A DNA stretch of 64,000 nucleotides from Eledone cirrhosa (lineage: Eukaryota), in the NCBI GenBank assembly GCA_964016885.1, contig OZ024740.1, forward strand, positions 342,736,001 through 342,800,000. The letters run 5' to 3'. A program made the translations under genes and the position numbers. Below are positions 50,657-62,621 of the stretch, in pieces; position 1 is the first letter of the stretch, and each line of letters begins with the position of its first letter. Under the pieces are notes generated by a model. It had not been told where the DNA came from. It did not search any database and saw only the letters and a program-made list of their open reading frames with translations.

Positions 50657-50869
50657 CTAATGGGTACAATTTGTACTACTAGAACATTTGGGTTTATAAT
50701 AAAAATAAGAATTAGAAATGGCATGGGGGCAAGAAGAGAATATCTCAGACTTTCTATTCAGTAAGGGTACGCTAGAGAAAATAATAGAGTGTGTCTCAAG
50801 TATACAGAGATTACAAAACTTACTATGTGCAGAAAGGTGGTTAGATCGTGCTACTAAACTCCAGTTAAG
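50657..50869 (-). mobile_element. Third Penelope-like GIY-YIG C-terminal fragment (3' UTR about 50345-50656)
   Basis: Manual translation: LNWSLVARSNHLSAHSKFCNLCILETHSIIFSSVPLLNRKSEIFSSCPHAISNSYFYYK...*; not in the ORF track. Confidence 0.75.
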
Positions 50870-52671
50870 CCTTTAATATCTTTGCCTTTCATCCTTACGG
50901 GGTTGATAAAATAAAGTACCAGTAATACACTGAGTAATTGCTAGCCTTGTGCCTAACGTAGAAATATCTTTAACAATTGTAACATTTATATAACTAAATA
51001 ACGTAATTTCCTTCACGCTGATTTGATATTACATAGAAATGATTTTCTCTATTTTTTCTAAGATTTTCTATGAAAAATCTATAAGTTTATGAATATTCAT
51101 ATATCTTAAATTAAAAAAATCCTTTATACTTTGTATGTATATATTATGTACGCAGATGTATATGTATATGTATGTGTTTGTATGTATATATATATTTATA
51201 TGTATATATATCTGTGTGTGCGTGTGTATATATATGAATATATTCTTTTAGTAATATATAGATTTCTTAATAATAATATATAGATTTCTTAATATATAGA
51301 TCTCAATTTTTAATGTATAGATCTCAATAATTTAAATGATAAACTAAACATTTAATCATATTTAAACAATGGTTAAAATTCTCATATTATGTATGTATTT
51401 TCCATTCAAGCTTATTTACATTTCTATATTCATCCATAAAAAATAAATATTTCTTCTTTCACTTCATCTCAAATGTTAAGATAACTCAACAACCTATCAC
51501 TTAGAGTTTTTGCTTTCTCTTCTCTCTTTTTTTCTTTTTTCTCTCTCTCTCTTTCTCCGTAACCCAACGGGTTATTTAAAAATATCCAATACAAATTTAC
51601 ATAATAGTATTAATAAAGTTATAACCCCACTATCCGGGAGCTTCCAACAGTAATGGTTTCATTCTTTAAGGGTATGTCAATATTTATTTATAAAACTGCT
51701 CTATATTATATTTTATCTGATGAAAGCACACCATAATTTAACTTGATGTCCTTGAAATAAATATGGTTTTATAAATATAGTTTCCATTTGTTAATATCGT
51801 ATATATATATATAAAAATAACAGATTAAAGTTTAAGCAAAGAATCACTGCTTTCACCCTTAACGGGATCTTCTGAAACTAACAAAGTCAATATATATATA
51901 TATATACACACACATTTGTACATATATTAGTTTGGGCTAAAAACATTTTTGTTTTTTTATGTCTAACTTTAAAAGCAAAATTTTCTGTGTGTTGCTTTTT
52001 GGTAAGTAATTACAAGTTTTATATTTGTTCTCTGTCAATTGTCACTGTATAATTGTATCTAATCATATAAATGTATGAATTATATATAAACGTATTATAC
52101 CAGCTTATTGTAGACTGGCATATAAAACGTGTGGGGATTAGCAGAACCACTAGAGAGTTTGACGAAATGCATACGGTATTTAGTTTAACTTTGCTTTCGT
52201 CCTTTTAGGGTCGGTAAAATACCAGTCAAGTACTGGAGTCGATAAAATATTCAGATGTAAATGAGCGTTGTCCCAGTCAACTCAGTTACCAAAAATGTGT
52301 TTCACTTGTAATTTAAAAGGTCAATCTTGCCACATACTGTATTACGGTAAATCTCCCTGAAAATTACGTTAAGGTTACATGCTTCTATTAAATCCTCGGC
52401 CACATGCACGCTAATTTCATAAGCAGCTGGAACACTCGTCGTCGGAACCGACGGAGGTCTGACAATGAATCAATAAATACACTTCTAAGCTGACTAGTGC
52501 AGTTAAAAATTTAAATTAAAAATAAGAGTTCTCTCCCTTTATACACCGCGTTTAACTTCGGTATTCGTAACTTCAATATGAGAATAGCGTTTTCAAAGTG
52601 AGCACATCTCACTTGAACAAAACATAAACTGATTTAAACTTACTTATTGTCTAAACAGTGCTTTTTTTGTA

Positions 52672-53064
52672 ATGCCTAGACGGGCAGCATCAAGTGGTCG
52701 TGGGACAAAGAAGACACCAGTGTCCAACGCCGTTCGCGGTCGGCTCATAGATTGTTATGATCGTGGATCGGACTATAAGGAACTTGCTCAATCCATAGGC
52801 ATTAATTTGAAGACTGCAAATAGAATAGTTTTGGATTATATAAAAACAGGAAAACGAAATGCATTACCCAAGGGTGGTAGATGCAATGTAAAAATTGATG
52901 ATGAGATGCGTAACTATTTGTTTGCAGCAATAACTAACAATCCGTCTATCAGCTTGCGAAAGTTAAATGAGAGCATGAAATTGGATTTGCCACAAAAACC
53001 ACTTGTAAGCAATAGTTGTATTTCAAAGACACTAGATAGCATGCTGATAACAAGAAAAAGGCTG
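52672..53064 (+). CDS. Tc1/IS630-superfamily transposase N-terminal DNA-binding region (double HTH), 131 codons, no DDE domain
   Basis: ATG-initiated and stop-free: VSNAVRGRLIDCYDRGSDYKELAQSIGINLKTANRIVLDYIKTG..LPKGGR..KIDDEMRNYL...NNPSISLRKLNESM...VSNSCISKTLDSMLITRKRL. Similarity ends at G|GTAATA; the rest of the 206-aa ORF is pyrimidine-rich and intron-like. Confidence 0.75.
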
Positions 53065-53197
53065 GTAATAGTTGTTTACTCATTCCGTCTCTCACTATTT
53101 TTGTCATTCTTTATCTCTTACTATATCAATATTTTCTTGTTAGTATCAGCATCATTATCTCCCTTATCACTTCTAGCATTGTGTCTATCAGTTGAAA

Positions 53198-53303
53198 ATG
53201 GAATCAGAAATCGAGAGAATGTGTCCTTCTGGCGAACACCCGGCTGTGGCCAACTTCAGACGATATCTAAGAATCAAAACTGTCCAGCCTAATCCTGATT
53301 ATG
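53198..53303 (+). CDS. ACY1: Aminoacylase-1 (M20A family), first coding exon
   Basis: [35 protein letters not shown] + G|GTCAGT, matching the ACY1 N-terminus (human [24 protein letters not shown]). In-frame TAG at 53174-53176 upstream; phase-1 donor. Confidence 0.9.
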
Positions 53304-55406
53304 GTCAGTATGTTTTTAAGTATTTTTTTTTATTTTCAATTATTTTATTTATCATATGACACGTTTGTCAAACTAGATAATTATTACAAAAGAGGGGAAG
53401 TGTCACATCGCTTGTTGTTTATTTCCAGAACAGTCATGATCTATCGGTATTTTAATAAATATACATACGTATACACACTAATAAACAAAATAATCTAATT
53501 TTCTTTTTTAAGATGGTGGGGTGCGATTTGAAGAAGATTTTGTTGCTATTTAAGATAAGTAACAGTCGATTACTGGCGTCGATGTAATCGAGTATACACA
53601 TCGTTAGAATTACCAAAATCTTTTGAACGTATTTGTTGTGGCTTTTTACCTTCCCAGTTCAAATCCCACTAAGGTCAACTTCGCCTTCCATCTTTCCATG
53701 GTCGATAAAATAAAGAACTAGTCAAGTATTGGGGTAGATTTGTACAGCCACCGGAAATAACATCTGTCCTTACCAGTAAAATAAACAACTCTATCTATCT
53801 GACTACCTAGCTACCTCACCCCAGTGAAACAAACAACCCTTAGGCCACCAAAATAAAACGCCTACACAGCGGCTAAACATCAAACGATTATTTTTGTATA
53901 AATAGAGTGGTTCCAAACACTTTCGCCATGTACCTCTGTATCATGTATGGAATACATCGCTGAACGAAACTACATCTCTTGCTTGCTCGTCCTTTCAACT
54001 TCTTCCTTCGTCTGTTCATCCTCACCGTATACGATAACAATCCTTTTAAGGGCTATTCTCAGATCCGATCAGAAGTAGTGACCAGACCCACTAACCACGT
54101 CACTACAGATTTAAGCGACACCCCTCTTTCTTATCCCGCCCTCATAGCTACGTAAGATGCACAAATTCGACGAAACCAATAAGAAATTCTTCTATACAAT
54201 ATTAATATAGCTTATTATCATCATCATGTAGTGGTTGTTTAAATACAAACGCTGTTGAGCAAAGAGGGTTCTTTAGAATTGTTGAGAACATGACATGTGA
54301 TTGTGGCGTGTCCCCTTTCCTCCCGAACTGTCTAAGAAAGAAATAACTCAGAATAAGAATTAATTTCGACTGTAGCAATCTGCTCAACCCATGCTAGCAT
54401 GCAAAGAGGGTGTAAAAAGTTAATAAGGATGCCTTTATATAGTTTGATATATTGCTCGAACTACTGAAATCTTACTAAGTAAAAAAAGAAAATACTCAAA
54501 AAACAACAATAAATAAACGTATTTTTCTATGAGGAGAGGCGATTTATTTTACGATATCTGTGTACATAATATATAGAGGTCTTGTAGATGGAAAACTATA
54601 TGTAATTTGTATGGTACATGTATGTGTCACAAAGGGTGTAAGCATGCAGTTTAGTGGTTAGGGTTTGGGACTCATGACCATAAGTTCGTGGGTTTGACTC
54701 CTTGACCAGATAGGACTTTGTGTCCTTCAGGAAGATGTTTCATTTCATATTGTTCCAGTCCACTCAGCTTAGGGTTGAGGGGAAATATGCACTAGCAACA
54801 GTTAGGAGTTAAACCTTGCAACAGACTGGCACCCAGTCAAGTGGAGTCTTTTCATGATAGAACTAGGGCAGGGGTCATATGATTAATACACTCGTGAAAA
54901 CTTTTATGAGATGCAACTTCATAGGAGGTCAGCTAAACCTACATAGATGTGAGCTACAACAATATTTGATAGTTTTTTTTTGGGGGGGGGGGGGGTTCTG
55001 TATCATTTAATCATTTCATCTTCCCTTTTCTATCTTCCGTCATGTAGAATAGTTCATTTTGTTTTTTGTAGGGGAGAGTGAATGTAAAAGAAATAATTTA
55101 TTCATTGTAAAATATAGGGTGAAAGTTCAAATCCTGTATTGTATTATTCTAAAGCAATCTAAAGCATAGGGTGAAAGATCTAATCTAGTAAAAATTAAGT
55201 ATTTCAAATTGTTATTTCTTTTTTTCCAAAAATATAAATATTATTTAGGAGTTGTACCATTGGTTGGATCATGTGTTGAGGAAGGATAGAAGTGACTGGG
55301 TAAGAGGAATGATGGAAATAAATATGGAAAGAAGCAGATTTTTATTGAAATACTTTACAGATGTGTTTTAATTCATTTTGAAAACATCTATATATACTTG
55401 TATATA

Positions 55407-55442
55407 CATAAATCATACCAATATATATTGGTATGATTTATG
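55407..55442. repeat. Perfect 36-bp AT-rich palindrome in ACY1 intron
   Basis: CATAAATCATACCAATATATATTGGTATGATTTATG is its own reverse complement. Confidence 0.9.
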
Positions 55443-58400
55443 CCTCCATTTTACATGTTATTTACATTGTACAATATATTTTGGATTGAAGTTTTGTAGG
55501 TTTAGTATATGAGTTACATGCTGGTTTTCTACATTAAGTTTTCGTGGAAAAAAATGTGACTCGTGCACAAGTATATTTAGTAAGCTTTTCGTTAAGTTGT
55601 TTGGAACATGACTGAAAAGACTTTTTACATGAAATTATGATGTAGACTTTTAATTTAATGTGAATATTTTAAAACTAGCATATCTATGTCATAGAACCAG
55701 AGGTAAACCCTGACTGGTTGGTATAAAAGTATTAAAGGGGCCATGATTTGAAGCAATAACAAAATTAATATTTATGATTTTATACTAGATTACATTGAAT
55801 ATAATTATCAACAAACTCCGCTCATGTCTATTGGGAGATAATAATTCAGTTCGTGCTGAATTTGATTATATTAACTTTTATACTTAATATATTACAACCT
55901 ACTTGTCTTCTGATTACTGGAAAAATACTGACCTAATTAGTTATCTTAGTAGAATGAAGAAATCTACTCATGTACAGGAGAAAATTTAGAGAAATATTAG
56001 ATATTATGAAATGTTTATCTAATATCATGCATTATTCATTAAAATGAACAGTGAAATCTTCATGTTGAAAAAAACTGTTGAGTATATTTTTGAATTTACA
56101 AATTAATGGCAACTGAATGGAGACTGCTGGCTATGGAACAGAGGCAAGCAGTGATTGAACAGATGTAGTTGATGGTTGAACAGATAGTTGGTGATTGAAG
56201 GAAGACAATTTGGATGTTAGTAACTGAACAGAAACAACATAGGTAAAGAGGACACTTTTGTCATATAGGGATAAGGCAACTTCTCTAATGTTGGTAGCAC
56301 AATAAAATACCCTCAATAGACTCCATTATGTGGTTGACAATCAAACAGAGACTACATAAAGTAAAAAGAGCTTTTTAGTCTTATTGACATGATAATCTCT
56401 CTAGTGCTGGTGCTATGATAAAATGCTCCCTATGTAAAAATGGTTGATAATTGAACAGAGACATGTAGGGTGCAGAGAGCTCTAGTCTTGTTGAGGAAAT
56501 GGCAACTGCTCTAGTGCTGAAGCCATGATAAAATGCACCCAGTATACACCATAAAGATGATTAGCATTAAGAAAGACATCTAGCTGTAGAAATCATGCCA
56601 AAAATAGGACATACAAACAGAAAGTGGTCGTCTGACCTGTCTTGGAGAGTAGCAACTCTGAATAAGAACTGACTCAGATCATAACAATGTATTCAATCCA
56701 CTCCAGCATGAAAAACAAATGTAAAATGATGATTAAAGCAAATCTAAGAAAGTTTCAGTAGAGTTGGACTAAAATTGGCAATATAAAATGCATGGGCATT
56801 TGAGTTTTTTTTTGTTTACAAGATAAAGCAGAGGACCTCTCACATTAAGGAAATCTGTAGTTGTAAATTAGTTTTATGACCTAGTCAGAGTAGGAAGGAC
56901 TGCAGCCATAACTGATAGTAGAAAGGAAGAAAGATATTGATATCTCCAGACCTGAGCCCCTTTTTTTGAATGCTTGCAAGAAAATGGACTCCACTTAAGA
57001 TACCTAAGGTTTGGGTGTTGGCAGAGACAGAATAAGTTTCCATGGGCCCTAAACTGAAATTTTCATTGCAACCCTTGTGTATGGTAGCAAAAAAATAATT
57101 TAGAGCCCTTTAACTATTGTGGGGCCCCTGGTTGCAATTCATTCACCCCCTTCCCCCTTTAATCTGCTAGTGATATTAGTGATATTAACCTGGACAATGA
57201 ACTAGGTCTACATTTTATGTTTAATTTAAAATTCTGTAGGTTAACACCTTTAGGAAAACATGCAAGGAGAGAAATCCAGAGGGCTACAATTTTGGAGAGG
57301 AATGATTGAGGAATGCATTTGTTATTGGAAATACTATAAAAGTATAAAATAATAAAGTTAATGTGAATGTGAGTATGTGTGTCTAAAATAAATTGATCAT
57401 TGAATATACAACTGTTAATATGGTATTTGAATGTAGAAGGACTAGGAGAAAATGCCCAGGGAATCTATATAAGTCTTCTTTGATTGGCAGTACTGGCAAA
57501 GGCTATAGTTTGCTAAGGTTATCTAAATAAACTGAAACATGTAGAGAGTTGTCATTGTATTGTCACAATGAAACTCACTTCTCAGGAAATTAGCTATTAA
57601 TATAAAGAATGAAAAGCGTAGTGGATATAAGCAGATCTTGGGGTACATGTAAGTTGAATAGTCAACTCCTTCAATGAGCACTCAAATGAAGGGGTCTTTC
57701 AAGAAACTTTTGATCCAATAGATGAGAGACTTAACTAGGAGTTTTTCATGCTAAACACTGTCAAAGTCTTTGTTATTGCCTGATGCAACAACACAACTTT
57801 TGCCAAAGTTCTCAAGTGTAAGTGACCCCTGGTGTGTGATGTTGGTAAGTTTCTGGTAGATTTAACTGTATGAAAATCATATTGGTGGAGAAGTAGAAAT
57901 GATTCAAGATAATGAAGGAGGATTTTGTCTGAGGCTGCCTTCATGAATTTTGAGATATTGGAACTGAGGATGATATAACAATAGTTGGTAATGTGTATGT
58001 AATGCAACTAACTCTTTGGATACTAAAATGCCTGAAACCACTGCTGGTCCTATGACAAAACTTTATTTTAAAGTGTTTATATTTATCTAAAAACCTTCCA
58101 TTATAACTTTATGTAAGAATCTTTGGTAAGTTATGTTCCAAACACAAGCTTAATAATGAAAAAGTTAGTTATATTATTGAATTTCTCCAAATCCTCGATT
58201 ATTTTCAAAATGATTTGAAAATCGCAGGCAGTATCTTTCATTAAGAAATAGGGTAAAAGAAAAGATTAAAAGCTGGAACAGTTATCTTTCAAGTTATATA
58301 TAACATATTCCTTTGTATGTGCAAATCATTGGTTCACTGAAGGTATATCTTATAAATAGCCTGCTTATTTAAGAAATACTTGGTGAAGAATTAGGTGGTT

Positions 58401-58485
58401 AGCACTGTTATTTAACATTGATTTTTAACATAAGCACAATGTTTCAAATTTTTTAGGTTGTATAATTTTCGTTTCATATTTTCAG

Positions 58486-58550
58486 ATGGAGCAATAGCAT
58501 TCCTGAAAGAAATGGCTGCAGAACTTGGTTTGCCATACAAAGTAATTGAG
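58486..58550 (+). CDS. ACY1: Aminoacylase-1, second coding exon (65 nt)
   Basis: TTTTCAG|AT GGA GCA...GAG|GTGAGC. Joins exon 1 in phase to give PDY-DGAIAFLKEMAAELGLPYKVIE (human [25 protein letters not shown]). Later exons were not found in the window. Confidence 0.9.
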
Positions 58551-59424
58551 GTGAGCTATGTAGTTTCTACTTACAGAGGTGTAGTAAACTGGATTAGTCA
58601 CTTTTGGGCACAGCTTTGAAGGGGGGCTAAATTTCCAGTGGCTTATCATGCTTGTTAATTTAAACGGATTGCGCCAAATGTATTTTTGCCCCTGGGTACT
58701 AAGAACCCTTGTTATGTCACTGTCTTTTTATTAACCTTTTCATGGGGGTAGATTTGTAATATCGGTAAAACATCAGACAAATGCTTTGTAGTATTTGTTC
58801 TGGCTATGTACGCTCTGAGTTCAAATCCTGCTGCAGTTAACTTTGTCTTTCATCATTTCAAGGTCAATAAAATAAAGTACCAGTAAAGTATTGGCATTGA
58901 TATAATTGACTTTTCCTTCTCTAAAATAGAAATCATTTATGAACACTTTCATTAACATATTTCTAATGAAATAAACAGTATCATCTTTCTGCCTTTCTTT
59001 TCATGTCATATTATGTCTGATGATAGGCAAATATGTGATGAATAGTTATGACATCTGTGTATATATGTATATTATTATCGTTCATCAACTTATTTTTTCA
59101 TACACAGAACCTTGTTAGCAAAGTATTGTAGCAAATACTTTCCCAGGGACCACCATGTTGGCTTGATCCCCAACTGTATTGTTGTTAATTAATTAAACAT
59201 TTGGATAAATTTACTAAAATTATTTCATTATTAAGATGGCATTTGTAACAAAAAGTTCTTATATAAAATTATGCTGGAAGATCTCTTTAAAACGTGTGGT
59301 TTTGTTTCACAGAACCAGAGGAGGATTGATATTAGAGGGATTAAATTGAACTTTGATAACTATTTCTGTTCACTAAATTCCTGTTTACTTGACGTTCTCT
59401 CTGGCTTTTCTCATCTTTTCTCTG

Positions 59425-60024
59425 TACAGAAAGATAATTGTTTCTGATTTAGGCACAAAGACAACAATTTGGGGTTAAGGGAAAGTCGATTAAATCAATC
59501 CCAGTGCATTGCTGCTACTTTTTTTTTATCGACCCCGGAAAGAAGAAAGGCAAAGTTAATCTCAGTGAGATTTGAAATCAGAATGCAAAGGGTCATAACT
59601 CTATGCTATGAAGCATAGTGTCTGACGCTCTACCGATATTGACAATACAGAAAGATAATTGTTTCTACATTTGGCACAAGGCCAGCAATTACCCAGTGTA
59701 TTACTGGTACTTTATTTTATCGACCCCGTAAGGATGAAAGGCAAAGTTAACCTCGGCGGGATTTGAACTCAGAATGGCAAGGGCCGTAACTCTATGCGTC
59801 AAAGCATGGCGTCCGGCCCTCTACTGATACTGCCAAAAGATAATTGTTTCTACTTTAGGCACAAGGCCAGCAATTACTCAGTACATTACTGGTACTTTAT
59901 TTTATCGACCCCGTAAGGATGAAAGGCAAAGTTAACCTCGGCCGGATTTGAACTCAGATCGTAAAGGGACGTAACTATGCTGGAAAGCATGTCCGATTCT
60001 CTACTGATACTGCCAAAAGATAAT
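59425..60024 (-). mobile_element. Three tandem OK-like SINEs
   Basis: Three ~180-210-bp SINE copies, each bounded by AAAGATAAT. Further diverged copies at about 58760-58930(+) and 60255-60395(-). Confidence 0.85.
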
Positions 60025-61127
60025 GAAGTGCAAAATAACTGAAGAGATTGGAATGACTCATCAAAATTCTATGATGTTTCCATGTCAATATAGATTTATG
60101 TATGGACCTGTAACTCTTAAGGGAGCATCATATTGACATATGGCATTTCTAGGGCATTTTTAAACCTGGTGGAGCCCAACTACTCTCCAAGTCTGAATAC
60201 AGTAGATTTCTTCCAGAAAAGGATAGAAAGTGTGAGAAAGTGATATAGAAGAAGAATCGACCCCAGTACTAGACTAGTACTTTTGTTATCGACTTTAAAT
60301 GTATGAAAGGCAAAGTTAACTTCTGCAAGATTTGAACTCAGAAAGCAGAGAGTTTGAACGAATACTGCAAGGCATTCTATCCAACGTTCTAACGACTGTT
60401 TTTATGTTCTTTGGCATTTTTCACTATATAGTAAAAAAGGGTTCAAATACTCAGTAACTAAACTTCAATCTTATCCTAAAATATTTTAACTGAACCTACT
60501 CTCATAGCTTTTGCTATCACATATTTGAGTTAAAAGTTAAATAAGTAAGTATTTAGATGATAGCAATTCTGAGAATTACTAAACATATACTTTTATCTAT
60601 TATCTAAGTAAAATACATTCTCAAAAAGCTGCATTTTTATCAAGTAGTAAATCTATTTCTTGGCAGATTTTACAAATGTTTAACAAACATATTTTAACAT
60701 TCCAACAATATTTGGCTGACAAAATTTAAAACAAATGTTTATACATCAAATTGATAGGGAGTTGATAGATGCAGGCATGTCTGTCTGGTTCAGAAGTTTG
60801 TTTTGTAACTGTGTTTTGGGTTTTATCCCACCGTATGGTGGCTTGGGCAATTGTCTTTTACTATATACCCTCAGACTGATCAATGCCATGTGAGTAAAAT
60901 TTGGTAGAGAGAAATTCTGCAGAAGCTTGTCTTATATACATATATATATATATATATATATACGGGGTAACAGATTATTGTTATAGGTAGTCTACTTAGG
61001 TGTAGTCCAGTTAGGGTACTCTGAGTAGTGTATGATATCAACGCTTGGCTAAGTTTGACTCAACAAGGCGTTTCCATAGTGATGCTGTGAGTACGCGGTG
61101 ATTTCTATGTTAACACTTGGAGTAATG

Positions 61128-61467
61128 ATAAATCAGGAAAGAAGAGTGACACAGTTTACTATACAAAAAAGGTTTTTAATCTCATTGCTGACAATTGTTT
61201 CTCTGAACTAGTAGGTCTAGAGATCGCTACCCACTTGTTTTCACGTCATTCGATCACCAATACATAGTTGTAACCAGTCAATTCATCAGAGCATTCTCGC
61301 AAGCTCTGATGAATTGACTGGTTACAACTATGTATTGGTGATCGAATGAAGTGAAAACAAGCGGGTAGCGATCTCTAGACCTACCAGTTCAGAGAAACAA
61401 TTGTCAGCAATGAGATTAAAAACCTTTTTTGTATAGCAAACCGTGTCACTCTTCTTTCCTGATTTAT
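61128..61467. repeat. 340-bp near-perfect palindrome (165-bp arms, 10-nt loop, 5 mismatches)
   Basis: 61128-61292 is the reverse complement of 61303-61467. Confidence 0.97.
61303..61408 (+). ncRNA. Minimal type I hammerhead ribozyme with enlarged stem II; mirror copy on minus at 61187-61292
   Basis: GCT-CTGATGA-[ATTGACTGGT...ACCAGTTCAGA]-GAAAC-AATT-GTC-AGC: both core boxes, palindromic stem III (ACAATTGT), GUC cleavage triplet, stem I GCT/AGC. Confidence 0.75.
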
Positions 61468-61829
61468 ATATATTAGAAAAACAAAGAAGTTTCGTTTACA
61501 TGTATAAGATTTTTATTGTGTATCGACTTGCTACGTGCGTTTTGCAGAGGATTGGCTCAGGGTCACCCATAGGAGTTATTGACCCGACTCCTACTCTGCC
61601 TGTGCATAGAGTGCTTGTTTTGATACTGCCACCAGTAATTCACTGATTCACCTACACTGTATATATATATATAAATACACTATAAATGTGGTTGGTGTTA
61701 GGAAGGGCATTCAGCTGTAGAAACCAAGCTAGAAATTATTATATAGCATTATCAGTTAATGTCTGTTATCAATTAACCACTTGACCTTGGTTTTGTTTCT
61801 TATCTTTTCGTTGTATGACATTATCATCA

Positions 61830-62167
61830 TCATCATCATCATCATTTCCGTCTGCTTTTCCTTGCTTGCAAGGGTGGGATGGGAACAGATTCTGGCTTGA
61901 TTTCTACAGCTGGATGGCTTTCCTAACACCAACCTCGTTTACAGTGAGTGCTGGGTGCCTTTTTGCCGTGGCACCTCCACGACCACTTTGCAGTGGAATG
62001 ATAGGGACCCCAGTCCCTATCATCTCATTTCTACAGCTGAGGAAACTGGAGCAATGTGAAATAAAGTGTCTTACTCAAGGAAACAACACATCACCCGGTC
62101 TGAGAGTTGAACTCACAGCCTTTTGATTGCAAGGCCAATGCTCTAACCACTAAGCCATGTGCCTCCA
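61830..62167 (-). mobile_element. tRNA-derived SINE with RTE tail and (ATG)n end
   Basis: Reverse complement of 21252-21590. Confidence 0.8.
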
Positions 62168-62517
62168 TAATGTATATATATATATATACATTATGTATAT
62201 ATATATATATATATACTGTCTGCCATGAGGGTATAAAAAACTTTTAAAAATCTCATCTGGTTCATCTTTGTGATCTAAGATCTAACACTAAGATCCCATC
62301 AAACATTCCATCATGTTGTTCCACTCAAAATCCTATCATCTGCACTAAATGCAGCTTGATATGTAAATCAGCAGCTGGATTAAAGTGCCATTTAAGGCAT
62401 AACCATGCATTGAACCTTCATAGTTCAATATATGAGGGGAGAGTCCATTATATATATATATATATATTTATTAAAATAACAGATTAAAGTTTATATATAT
62501 ATAAAGTTTATATATAT

Positions 62518-62596
<79 letters not shown>

Positions 62597-62621
62597 TACA
62601 TATATATATGTATATATATAT

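Noticed and set aside
52542-52560. TA-CACCGCG as the 5' TIR of the Tc1-like fragment
   Set aside because: No matching inverted copy ending in TA was found in the window, so it cannot be supported.
53301-53498. 65-aa ORF starting at 53301
   Set aside because: Its ATG straddles the ACY1 exon end (TAT G|GT); the rest is AT-rich intron.
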